DNA from: Octopus sinensis
Lineage: Eukaryota
Direction of reading: 5' to 3'
NCBI RefSeq assembly: GCF_006345805.1
Contig: NC_043008.1
Location: 75,578,001 to 75,642,000 of the forward strand
DNA length: 64,000 nucleotides
Positions 1 through 10,940 of the stretch are shown here, piece after piece (the stretch's first letter is position 1; each line of letters begins with the position of its first letter). Both the position numbers and the translations under genes were made by a program. Below the pieces are notes generated by a model. The model searched no databases. It saw only the letters and a list, made by a program, of their open reading frames with translations, and was not told the DNA's origin.

Positions 1-39
1 GTACTACTAATCATTCAGAGCGAAATAAACTCGATACTG

Positions 40-111
40 ATGATAATGATAATGATAATGATGATGCTGACGACGACGACGATGACGACGATGGTGATGA
101 TGATGATGAAG

Positions 112-197
<86 letters not shown>

Positions 198-198
198 C

Positions 199-243
<45 letters not shown>

Positions 244-245
244 TC
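40..245. repeat. Compound trinucleotide microsatellite (GAT/GAC)n-(AAT)n-(ATT)n
   Basis: Directly visible; explains the poly-I/N/Y ORFs 7..315 and 40..267. Confidence 0.95.
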
Positions 246-399
246 GTTTATTGCACACCAGAGTTAACTTATAGGGGACATTACAGTATATGTGGGCAGA
301 GTGGATTTTACACAAAACAACGAGTGCACAATTGAAACAATAGCAATAATATCAAACAAGAAGAATATAACAATGAATATTACCAAATAGGTGGGGTAA

Positions 400-1400
400 C
401 CGCCTGGGGTTGGCTAAGGTAGTGCGCTAATCCTGAACCATCCGACGCTTCGAGGGCATCTGGGAAGGGCACCCTTCTTACCCTCGTCTAGTTTAGCTAC
501 TAATCCCTCCTTTCTATTTTTCTACCGCTAATTCTTTGCTAAACCCTATCGGTATAACTATCTCTTTTTTGAGAGCCACCCACCGCCTGTTCTGCTTCTC
601 CAAATTGTTAACCCGGTCCCTGTAAGTCTTACATGCCGGAAACGACATGTTTAGCTTTCAGTACCCTGGTTCTAATCTATGCGTCTTTTCTAGGTCGACC
701 GCAAAGATTACAAACTTATGATCTTAATAAGCGACTGTTTTAAAAAGCGGAGATGCTACACTATTTCTATTTTCCTAGTGAAAATTATATCTCTATACGA
801 TCTAGATGACCCTAAGCGGTACACACTGGCGCATTAGGAAAATCTCGTCACTATCTGTCAGACAATTGGAAATGGCTGATCGGGTGCTTGAGGCTTTTGC
901 ACCTTATTCTTCTATCAGCTATTCCCACACAATCTCAGCGTTGGTGTAAGATTCCACTCCAGTCTCCCACTAACAGTAAAGGGCGTGAAGTACCTAGAAA
1001 GGATTCCAGACGCCTAAATAAATCCGGCCGTTTGGCTTCGGTAGGCGAGAAGATGATCACCAGTCTAAAGACACCACCTTCACTATTGGTCGAGTTTAGG
1101 AGCACCAAATTCCCATCCAGGTCCCGGAAGATCGACCTTACATCAAAATCCAGTTCTTTTTCAAAACATCACTGCCGCTCCACCTTCTTTTCCTGGCCGA
1201 CTCACAAATGCAAAGATATGATAATCGTCGAAAATGGGGGTCACTGGGCATGTATTGGAAATCCTGGACTCGCTGACAGCAATTGCATCCAATTCTAAAT
1301 ACATGAAGTAGTTGAGCAGGCGCCCTTGCTTCCAGAGTGATCACAGACCGCGAACAATTAAAATTTCTACTCTTAATATGAACATGTTGGCAAGCGAAAG
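400..1400 (-). pseudogene. Decayed LINE ORF2 AP-like endonuclease domain
   Basis: Motifs GKGGGAAVMF, FRRLESFLGTSRPLLLVGDW, DHKFV and PGY*KLN read manually in minus frames. Confidence 0.75.
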
Positions 1401-1429
1401 GAAGAAGGGAAAGGTTTACTTAGCTCCCG

Positions 1430-3230
1430 GTGTCCTGTGATGGTCGGGTGGTTATTGGGGAACGATACCCCTTTAAAAGTTTCGATGTGAGTCTCACATT
1501 CACGGGTTCCACGTCCCCAGGAAAAGATCTCTCAAATTTTTGTGTAGGAATCTTCTGGTACACGAAATGTGCCTGGTTCGAAAATCGGTACCCTTGCTTC
1601 AAATTCAACCATCAATTCCCCCTTGTCCTTTCTGATGAGTACGAGGTTGGGTGTTTTGCATTGGCGGTGTTTAATTTGCTTGTTTGACTGTAGTGGTGAT
1701 AGTCTCGTTGTTGCTTCTGTCGTGTCTGTGTGTGCTGTGAGTATGGTGTATGCAGTTTTAGATGAGTTTTTTTTGTGAGTGTTTGTTTTTGTGTCAGTTT
1801 ATGTAGTTTGCGTTTGGGGGATTCCAGTGATAGTTATAGTGCTGGCGTTGGTGCTTTTGGGGAGATGTTTATAGTGGATAGTGTTCGTATCTTTTATTGT
1901 GGGTGTTGTTATGATTAGAGTGTTTATCTTTTGTGCTTTCATTTTTGTTTTTTAGGCATTTTTGTTTTCCTTCATCTTCACTACAGGAATATGAGGAGTC
2001 TGTTGCTGTAAGTATGTGTGTCTGTGCCTGTGTGAATGTTTATATTCTTGCTTATATGTGTATTTTCGTCTGGTGCGAGCGGGAGGGAGAGTAGTTGTTC
2101 TCGCTTCCCATTAGAGTGGTTAATGTCTTTGGTGTTTATTTTGTTGTTGCTGTTGATTTTGCCAGTGCTGGTGTTGGTTGTGGTCTTCGTATCGGCGTAG
2201 GAAACAGTGAAGTCATTTGACTCCTTGCACTGTATACTAGTTAGGGCAGAAAACTCACAAATGAGTAGTTTTTCCACAAGCGAAACAATACTGTAATTTG
2301 CCCTCAGTCACCATCCGGTTCTGAGACGGATGCAGTCCGGAATTATTTTTACGTCTTCGGGCCTGACCTGGAGAAATATCTCCACGTCAACACCGGACCA
2401 GTCCTCCCTGGCTGTTCTTGTCAGCTCTATTGGGACGGTATCCGTCCCTTCCACAATTACACATAACAGAAGATACCACGTATCAAAGTTGGTGGGATCT
2501 TAAGAATGTGGGCACGTGCAGTATGTTTCCCCATGTGGAAGGGGTACATAATGAATTTGCTGGTTTTGCAAGCGGTTATTGAATATTTCATAGTGAGGGC
2601 TTCTGATTTATACAGCACCAAAATGATACTGTATTGTGTGCCCCTCGCTATTTACTCGGTGTCATTTGTGATGCACCTCAGCGCGCTTCAATATCTACTT
2701 GGTCTATTAAAGCCGTTCTTTTCATCTCTGCTGAGATGCATTTGAAAAGCATCGTTCCTTTCGCTCCCGCTTCAATTGCCGCTGACGGAAACAGTTGGGT
2801 TGTCCCAGGTTTGTTCTTGTTTAATCAGTTTCCATGCCTGGATCAACATTTCATCTCTATGTGTGAAGTGTTGCTTCTTTTGCGTTGCTGCTGCCGCGAA
2901 CGTGCTTTTGTTGTTGGTAATGTTCTCGTTGATGTTAATTTTGCTGCTGCTGTTGTCGTTGTTGCTACTGCTGCTGCCGTTGTTGTTTTCGATGTTGTTG
3001 GTGTTGGTTTTGTTGATGTTGCTACTGTCACTTTTGCTATTGTTGTTGCTCTTGTTGCCATCGCTGCTGCTACTGTTGCTGTCTCTTTGTTATTGTTGCT
3101 ACTGCTACTACTACTGCTGCTGTTGCTGTCACTGTTGCTGCTGTTGCTGTTGTCACTGCTACCGCTGTTGTTACTGTTACTACTACTACGATGGTCTGGT
3201 TGTCGACGACTGAACCGGCAAACACATTGA
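1430..3230 (-). pseudogene. Decayed LINE ORF1 (gag-like): Thr/Ala/Gln low-complexity N-terminus and CX2CX4HX4C zinc knuckle
   Basis: CAA/ACA/GCA-rich tract 2880-3190; knuckle at 2246-2287; lies directly upstream of the endonuclease region. Confidence 0.65.
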
Positions 3231-3719
3231 ATGTACTTGGTGATGAGGGCGGTAGTCGGAGACTCCGAGGAAGAAAAACGAGACTCTATAAAGGGCAGGT
3301 GAACCTGTAGGAGAAAATACCAATGGGATTATGGAAGTCATACAGATAGGCAAATAAATGCTAACATCGTAATCACATATCTAAAACAAAAAACATGCCT
3401 TTTAATTTATATGACAGTTTCTACTGCTAAAAACATGTTAGTAAAAGGAATTTGAATAACTGTCAAAATATAAGGATCTTGAGATTGGGATATCTAGGAT
3501 GTGCCAATTAAAAACCAAAAGCATCCTTGTTGCTGTAGATGCCCTGTGAATGATCAAGAAAAGTACTGACAATTTTTTTACCAGATCCCTGAGAAACCAA
3601 TAATCTGAGACTCAAATATTTGCGTTGATATCAACCGCCTACATTCACATGAAGTTTCTTTCCATCCGTTGAGATTCGATCAGATGATGAAATAAAATGC
3701 AATTCTATCGCTAAATTAT

Positions 3720-3746
3720 GACAACGGCAACAACAACAACAACAAC

Positions 3747-3807
<61 letters not shown>

Positions 3808-3860
3808 ATAATAATAATAATAATAATGATGATGATGATGATGATGATAATAATAATATA
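3720..3860. repeat. (CAA)n/(AAT)n/(ACT)n/(GAT)n microsatellite
   Basis: Directly visible. Confidence 0.9.
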
Positions 3861-3884
3861 GACACAAGGCTTGAAAGTATTTGG

Positions 3885-3985
3885 GGGAGGATTAAGTTGA
3901 TTACATCGATCCAATTGCATATCTTGTATCAACCCCGAAAGGATAAAACCTCAGCACAATTTAAACTGTGAACGTAAAGACGAAC
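3885..3985 (-). mobile_element. SINE fragment (family also at 39169, 45373 and 54700)
   Basis: Shares ATCAACCCCGAAAGGAT and TTACATCGA motifs with 54750-54830. Confidence 0.6.
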
Positions 3986-4732
3986 AATTTTGTCCGATGT
4001 ATATTGCTTGTTGCTTAATTTACGCTTTCCTCAAAAGGATAGTGATGTGTTAAAAAATGAAATGTTTGACAGGCTATTTTCTGGTAGTTGCATATTTCTA
4101 TGAAAATGACGAAAAAGACATTGCATATAAAGAACAAAACTTGCTCATAAAAATACGGATGTGTAAATATCGCAACGTATAAAATTTCAATAGCCAGTCA
4201 GTTTTCTAAATAATTCAAGCTGAAAACTTTAATAATTCATTACAATTTTTAAAAAGTTTAAATTGAAGTAAAAGCTATTTAAATGTAAATGTTAACGTGA
4301 CAAACTACCCATATGAGTATGCCTTTATTATTTGTCTTCTTATCCTTTCATTTTTGCACACATTTCCTGTATAATGTACGGATAGGTATATTTTTCTAGT
4401 TACACTATATTATACACGCTTAGCGTCGTTAGCAATTTAAGAGCATTCTCAGAACAGCAATTCTAGAATTATTAAAATAAAGTATGATACAAAACAATTT
4501 TAAAAAACAGGAGTAAAAATTCTAAATTACATGTGAATTAAAATAGAAAAGTAATGTTGTCAAATTATCGTGATGCTGAATCTGCAAATTATTTCGCAAT
4601 ATTAATGGCTTTTTTTGGAAAATAGAATAAGAATCTGGCTTTATTTCACAAATACAAATCCTTCGTTATTATATTTGCAAGTAACAAATACATATTGGCC
4701 AATACATAATCTATGAGCAATCGCAAGCTTTG

Positions 4733-4800
<68 letters not shown>

Positions 4801-4803
<3 letters not shown>

Positions 4804-4965
4804 GGCATTCCGTCGGTTACGACGACGAGGCATCTAGTTGAACCGATCAATGGAACAGCTTGCTTGTGAAATTAACGTGCAAGTGGCTAAGCATTCTACA
4901 GACACGAGTACCCTAACGTAGTTCTCATGGTGATTCAGCGTGACACAGAGTGACAAGACGGACAA
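4801..4965 (-). mobile_element. 3' half of a tRNA-derived SINE (same family as 34088-34405)
   Basis: Reverse complement matches 34250-34400. Confidence 0.8.
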
Positions 4966-5019
4966 CGTACAACAGAAACAGGAAGAAAGAGCGAGAAATA
5001 TTTGTGGTAAAAGAATACA

Positions 5020-5165
5020 GTAGGGTTGCCCCACCCCGCAGGAGCGTCGTGGAGCTTTAGGTGTTTTCGCTCAATACACACTCACAACGCCCGGTCGGGT
5101 AATCGAAGCCACGGTCTTATGACCGCGAGTACGTTGCCCCAATTACTAGGCCATTGCACCTCCTC
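5020..5165 (-). mobile_element. tRNA-derived SINE head (OR1-like)
   Basis: Reverse complement GGAGGTGCAATGGCCTAGT...TTCGATT (A/B-box-like); homologous to 23730-23984 and 43427-43718. Confidence 0.75.
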
Positions 5166-5184
5166 TCCCCCTCCCACACATATA

Positions 5185-5370
5185 TATAGTAAATCCCAAA
5201 AAGAACAAACACAAACAACAACAACGCGAGGACGTGGTACATGTAAAGTATTAGCAGACGCTCAAGGAAGGAAAGAAAGGCGGCTTAACGTTTCATTGGA
5301 AACAGAGGAAAGTCCAATAGAAGGGAAGACGGAGGAAGAAAATCGCCAACGATTCACATGCGGTTACATT
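5185..5370 (-). mobile_element. PLE pseudo-LTR fragment (family B) with the hammerhead core deleted
   Basis: Aligns to 52455-52660 but lacks GAGCGGAGCTCTTC. Confidence 0.65.
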
Positions 5371-5385
5371 TTGATATATATATAT

Positions 5386-5437
<52 letters not shown>

Positions 5438-5779
5438 CTTATCTGTTTCGACAGTTTGTTGATGAAACTATTACAGGATTTTAAAATAGTTATATAAAGT
5501 TGATGGGCACACAGCTCTACGTAAAACCTCATCAGAAAATCCCTAAGGTGAATTTTAATTTTTATTATTCTTTATCTACCCGACGATACCTAGAACGGGT
5601 CGAAATATGTGTCGTCCAAAATAAAATTCCATCTATTTTATTAATACTTTTACCCAAACCGCCACTACGTAGTTCTTGCAAGAAATCTACGGATAACAGG
5701 TAATCAAAACTGCTGGTGCTTTATTCATCACCTACTTACACATTTTGCATAACTTCTCCATTATATATATATATGTTTG

Positions 5780-5825
<46 letters not shown>

Positions 5826-6053
5826 CATATACGTATGCATATGTATGCATATATATATATATATATATATTAATAAATTTTTTGCTACCCTAAAATTTAT
5901 TAATTAATGATTTTCTGGCTAATTTTGAAATAAATCGGCAGTTTATATTTACTGCTGAGAAAACCGCGCGAGTGTGGTGGATTTTGAAAAGTTATAGCAT
6001 ATAGACTCGAGGCATGGTTATTATCGCCTCGTGACTATATGGTAGTCCTTGGC

Positions 6054-6135
6054 TTTCTGCTGAAGAGGCAACGCCAGATATAAATAAATTTATTTTAGTT
6101 ACAAAAGATTGCCGAAACTATGCATAGTCCAGAAA
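6054..6135 (+). ncRNA. Type I hammerhead ribozyme, canonical core
   Basis: TTTCTG-CTGAAGA-GGCAA..TTGCC-GAAA-CTATGCATAG-TC-CAGAAA: 6-bp stem I, 5-bp stem II, palindromic stem III, GUC cleavage after 6129. Confidence 0.9.
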
Positions 6136-6511
6136 TGATAGGGTAAACGTTTTTAATTCTCTTTCCATTTCAGAATTACAACTATTAGTGGTTTGGAGTA
6201 TAACTGCTCTTTCTAGTGAGTCAGATGTCCTATTATGGCCATCTCTTATGTGTTTAAATGTATATTATATAGACTATTGACTATTTTTTCTTTCTCACTA
6301 GACCACCGGTAGCGGAGAATTTTTCTAGAATTTTTTGCTACCCTAAAATTTATTAATTAATGATAAAAGGATTTTTTGGCTAATTTTGAAATTAAATCAG
6401 CAGTTATATTTACTGCTGAAAAACCCCGCGAGCGTGGTGGATTTTGAAAAGTTATAGCATATAGACTCGAGGCATGGTCCTTATCGCCTCGTGCCTATAT
6501 GCTAGCCTTGG

Positions 6512-6602
6512 CTTTCTGCTGAAGATGGCAACGCCAATCGTAAATTAAAATGATTTTATTTTATTTACAAAAGATTGCCGAAACTATGCATAGTCCAGAA
6601 AG
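6512..6602 (+). ncRNA. Type I hammerhead ribozyme, second tandem copy (extra U after A9)
   Basis: CTTTCTG-CTGAAGA-T-GGCAA..TTGCC-GAAA-CTATGCATAG-TC-CAGAAAG; cleavage after 6595. Confidence 0.85.
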
Positions 6603-6720
6603 GAGAGGGTAAACGTTTTTATTTCTCTTTCCATTTCAGAATTACAACTATTAGTGGTTTGGAGTTTAGCTGCTCTTTCTAGTGAGTCGGATGTCCTATT
6701 ATCCATCCCTTATATGTTTG

Positions 6721-6796
<76 letters not shown>

Positions 6797-7220
6797 TAGA
6801 TATACATACGCATATGTACACACACACACTGGCTTTTGTATTAGCTTGCAAAAATTCTTGATGTGAATTCGTATCTTTTGTAATGAAGGCATTATTAATT
6901 CAATGTAAAGGTATTCCCAAAGAGTAATATTATCTTAGATATTCCTTCTTATATCATGTGCAAGTTATACACTATTTGGTACTCTACAACATATTAATAC
7001 CTGGAATATAATGGTGTAATATATATTTGCGACAAAAATATTAATTCTGTGATTACTGTCTCACGAAACAATTCAGTAAAACCAAAAAGTGCGCCTTTCT
7101 AAACCTTTTCCATACATTAACCATATCCTGAAGCCCTTTAAAAGGAGATTTTGATAGATTGATATATATTCTTCATATTTTAATACAAAAGGTAAAAAAA
7201 AAAGCTTTCTTTGCAAATGT

Positions 7221-7264
<44 letters not shown>

Positions 7265-7391
7265 TATATATATATAGCAATTAAGGACAACTACTTAATA
7301 AGGAAAACTTAACAAGAAATTGTCAGGTAGATAGCGTAAAAACCTCATAAGAGAAAAAATTTCGAAAATAATTATTTCTTATTGAACATAT

Positions 7392-7589
7392 TAATTTATA
7401 TATAGAGGGCATTATACATACATGCCAGAAGGCATTATACATACATGCCAAACGCTAAGAGGGACAATTAGTCATTTCTACCAAAATGGTAGTCATTTGG
7501 TAGAAATGACTAATTGTCCCTCTTAGCGTTTGGCATGTATGTATAATGACTTCTGGCATGTATGTATAATGCCCTCTATATATAAATTA
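7392..7589. repeat. Near-perfect ~198-bp palindrome (fold-back) with an internal tandem ~21-mer in each arm
   Basis: AGAGGGCATTATACATACATGCC...GGCATGTATGTATAATGCCCTCT; centre GTAGT at ~7489-7493. Confidence 0.9.
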
Positions 7590-7590
7590 T

Positions 7591-7641
<51 letters not shown>

Positions 7642-7650
<9 letters not shown>

Positions 7651-7731
7651 CATATAATATACCTACCAAAATGAGTAGCATGCTACACACCAATGAAGCC
7701 ATGATGACCTTTTATCAATATATATGTGAGC
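7642..7731 (+). repeat. 90-bp segment duplicated at 10851-10940
   Basis: Identical except for 3 substitutions. Confidence 0.9.
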
Positions 7732-8994
7732 ATATGTCTACCACGAAACTTGTAAGTTCGGTATTGTTTACTTAATTACAAATTATTATATAGAAAATAA
7801 CAAGCGCAACAAACTTGATAATTAACCACTGTGTACTGTCAATTATATGATATTCACTAGTATAATAGTAATAGAAGCAATATTACAGTGATTGTCTATT
7901 GAATATTTTGGCATCTATCTTTGTCATACCTAAGTCTGAAAGAGTTATTGAAGTAATGCACAATGTACGTTTATTTTTATTCAGCCCCAAACAGGTTATC
8001 GTATAAAGCGACGACAATCTGTTGAAGCCGTTACACATCACAGTTGGAGGAAATTAATTTTATTGTTCTTAATAGAATTGCAGTGTAGGATTTCTGACTA
8101 TAATCTTTAAATTTTAGTTTAGTGTTTTTTTGTGCATATTTGATGCCTTATATCTCTTATTCGCTTAAGTAGATTGTATCAATTCCTACTAGAAGTATCT
8201 TTGAGTATAAAAGCAAATACGTATAATGTGTTTGAAGGAAATAAACCTAAGAAATTATGAAGAACGTGAAAGCCATTTTAATTCGATCATTTAGTATAAG
8301 GAGGAGAGGAAATAACATCTCTTTTTTCTCAACACAGCGTAAAGTTTATCTAGTTATATTCATGTTATTACATCTCACCAAAGTTCTCTACAGATACATT
8401 TTTCTGTAATGCTTAATCAACAATACAAATGTATTTATGAATTAAATGAGAGTTAATAGACTGGTTTAAAATTTTATTTATAAAAGATACTTTTCTTTTA
8501 ATGTTGCTTTCATGTTTAAAGAGAAATGGTTTTTGAAATTGAATAAAACTACAAAGTTGTCGGACGTGCACTCTTCCAAATCAAAGGACGTTTTTAATAT
8601 TTAAATGTGCATTAGTCAAATGTGTAATATCTGAATACACAAAGGCTTATCATAGTTGCTTAAATGGTATATCCATGTTATAGAGGCTGTCTGTTCCACA
8701 CAATACCTATTATATATGTATGAACCTAAAATAGAAGATGGGAAAATATTAAGTTTGCCATCAAACATTTCGCTATTTAAACAATCATAGCGATATTTGA
8801 ATTTAAAAAATTTTATTTCTGATTTCTTCATTTGGACGACGGCCATGATTGAGTTCGGATTACAAAGCAGCTATATTTTTAATCTATGTGATAGCTATTT
8901 TCGGAAATTAGGAGAGGATTTTCAAGTGGGCAGAATGTGACAAACCTACACAAGTTCATTAATACAAAAGAATAGTTGTTATTCAGCTTCACAT

Positions 8995-9038
<44 letters not shown>

Positions 9039-9231
9039 GTCCATATAAATATATACGTATATATATATATATGTGATTATGTATATGCATATATATGTAT
9101 ATATGTATATAACGGGAAGCTTTATGAAAATAAACAAAAGACGAATGCAGGTGGAATACAAACAATTGTATTAGTAAGGCGCTCAGGAATATAAATAATA
9201 CATATATATGAATATATATGTATGTATGCAT

Positions 9232-9299
<68 letters not shown>

Positions 9300-9300
<1 letters not shown>

Positions 9301-9375
9301 TGTTCGACTAAAGGTGTTGCTCAAGCATGGCCACAGTCAAATGACTGAAACAAGTAAAAGAGTAAAAGAGAGTAG
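9300..9375 (+). mobile_element. 3' tail of an OR2-like SINE
   Basis: CGACTAAAGG...CAAGCATGGCCACAGTCAAATGACTGAAACAAGTAAAAGAG matches 28200-28258. Confidence 0.75.
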
Positions 9376-9469
9376 ATTAAATATATGTATATGTGTATAT
9401 ATGCATATGTATCCACGGATAGGTATAAATGTCCCCATGATAGGTCGGTAGCCACTACACACATATTTT

Positions 9470-9635
9470 TCTCACCTAGTTTCGCTCCGTGTTTCTTTCT
9501 GTCTTCCTTTCTGTGGAAGAGCGTAGGCTCGAAACGTAAAAGAGTTTTTCAGTTCCCGAGCGTGATAATAATACAACTGTTTGTTTTCTACACCACCTGT
9601 CTTCGTCTTTTGTTTTTTCGTGAATTCTCCCTATG
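9470..9635 (+). mobile_element. PLE pseudo-LTR fragment (family A) ending at (TA)n
   Basis: Homologous to 43130-43290 and 52085-52255; contains a minimal hammerhead. Confidence 0.7.
9507..9542 (+). ncRNA. Minimal type I hammerhead-like motif with variant core CUGUGGA
   Basis: CTTT-CTGTGGA-A-GAGC(GTAG)GCTC-GAAA-CG-TA-AAAG; ACGT palindromic stem III. Confidence 0.65.
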
Positions 9636-10036
9636 TATATATGTATAAATAAATATATATGTATATATATGTATATATATGTATACATTTGTAGTTAATA
9701 TTATTATCTAAAGTAGTATTATCATTTATTGGTATTCTTACATTTTCATTTGGTTCTAAAGCCCTACTTTCATTATTAATATTATTGGTGCTGTTATCTA
9801 AAATAATGTTATCATTATTGTAGTTAATGTTATTACCTAAAGTAGTATTATCATTAATAGTAACATTAATAAATAAAGAAATAAATTAGTTGACCTCAGT
9901 TCGAATTTTGCACCAAATAAGCTTAGATTTTTCTTATAGTATCAACTTGTGTCCCTCCCCTTAGCTTCCCGTTCCCTTCTCTTTGATAGCATTAATAGCA
10001 GTAACTGACTAAATTCTACTTCCTTCCTCTTCTCTC

Positions 10037-10455
10037 TGTGATTCTTGTAAATTTCAATAACAATCTGTCCCTCTACAGAATAAGATTGTCATTTTGCTTC
10101 TCACTCGGATTCCCTGAAATTTTCGCACGATTGTACCCAACATTTCTTCACATAACTTGATTAATAATTCACTATGAACTATATGGACATTCACATATTT
10201 TGTAAGTTCAAGACTTTTTATCGGATCTCCAGGAATCGAACTTATCTGTGATTCTTGTAAATTTCAATAACAAGCTGTTCCTCTACACGATATGACAGTC
10301 ACTTTGCTTCTTACTCGGATTCTCAGAAATTTCGCATGACTATATCCGAAATCTCTTCACATAACTTGATTAACAATTCACTATGAGCTATATATAGACA
10401 TGCAAAAATTCTGTAAGTTCAAGACCTTTCATCGGATCTCCAGGAATCGAACTTT
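10037..10455. repeat. Diverged tandem duplication, unit ~210 bp
   Basis: CTGTGATTCTTGTAAATTTCAATAAC at ~10037 and ~10246; both units end ATCGGATCTCCAGGAATCGAACT. Confidence 0.85.
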
Positions 10456-10526
10456 CTTCGATGCAGTTAAACTTACACCCTCATTTGTATCTACCCCTTT
10501 TGATGTTTGGGAATCTCTGATGTTTT

Positions 10527-10612
10527 TTCGGCTGACGAGTACGAGCCATCTATATTTACTGCATTTTTTGTAGCTTATTAAAGATGTCCTCGTACGAAAC
10601 AATAGTACAGAG
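10527..10612 (+). ncRNA. Type I hammerhead ribozyme
   Basis: TTCGG-CTGACGA-GTACGAG...CTCGTAC-GAAA-CAATAG-TA-CAGAG: perfect 7-bp stem II, one mismatch in stem I. Confidence 0.75.
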
Positions 10613-10761
10613 ATTTTAATCCATTCTTGTTGCTTTTTTCCTATTTGTAATCACCCCACTTGTCGTATGGTTAACACCATATAGATTTCCGGTGCATCCT
10701 AGTTAAGGACCATATTCATGTGAATTCATTAGAATTCACTTGAATCTGAATTACTTAAACC

Positions 10762-10826
<65 letters not shown>

Positions 10827-10940
10827 TACACTATATATATATATATATATACATGTATGCATATAATATACCTACCAAAATGAGTAGCATGCTACACACC
10901 AATGAAGACGTGATGAACTTTTATCAATATATATGTGAGC

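Larger units (their letters stand above)
390..3300 (-). mobile_element. Tx1/L1-clade non-LTR retrotransposon relic, 5' half (ORF1 plus endonuclease part of ORF2), many stops and frameshifts
   Basis: Minus-strand translation gives CCHC knuckle CFACGKTTHL*VFC (2287-2246), AP-endonuclease motifs RPLLLVGDW (~990-960) and *DHKFV (~715), and the L1/Tx1 linker PGY*KLN (~670). Confidence 0.8.
5877..6722 (+). repeat. Head-to-tail duplication (~1.85 units of ~455-466 bp), each unit with a hammerhead; retrozyme-like or PLE pLTR-only element
   Basis: Units start ATTTTTTGCTACCCTAAAATTT at 5877 and 6330; flanked by (TA)n on both sides. Confidence 0.9.

Noticed and set aside
9690-9870. Imperfect short repeats resembling an array
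   Set aside because: AT-rich minisatellite without regular unique spacers; not CRISPR, and the context is eukaryotic.
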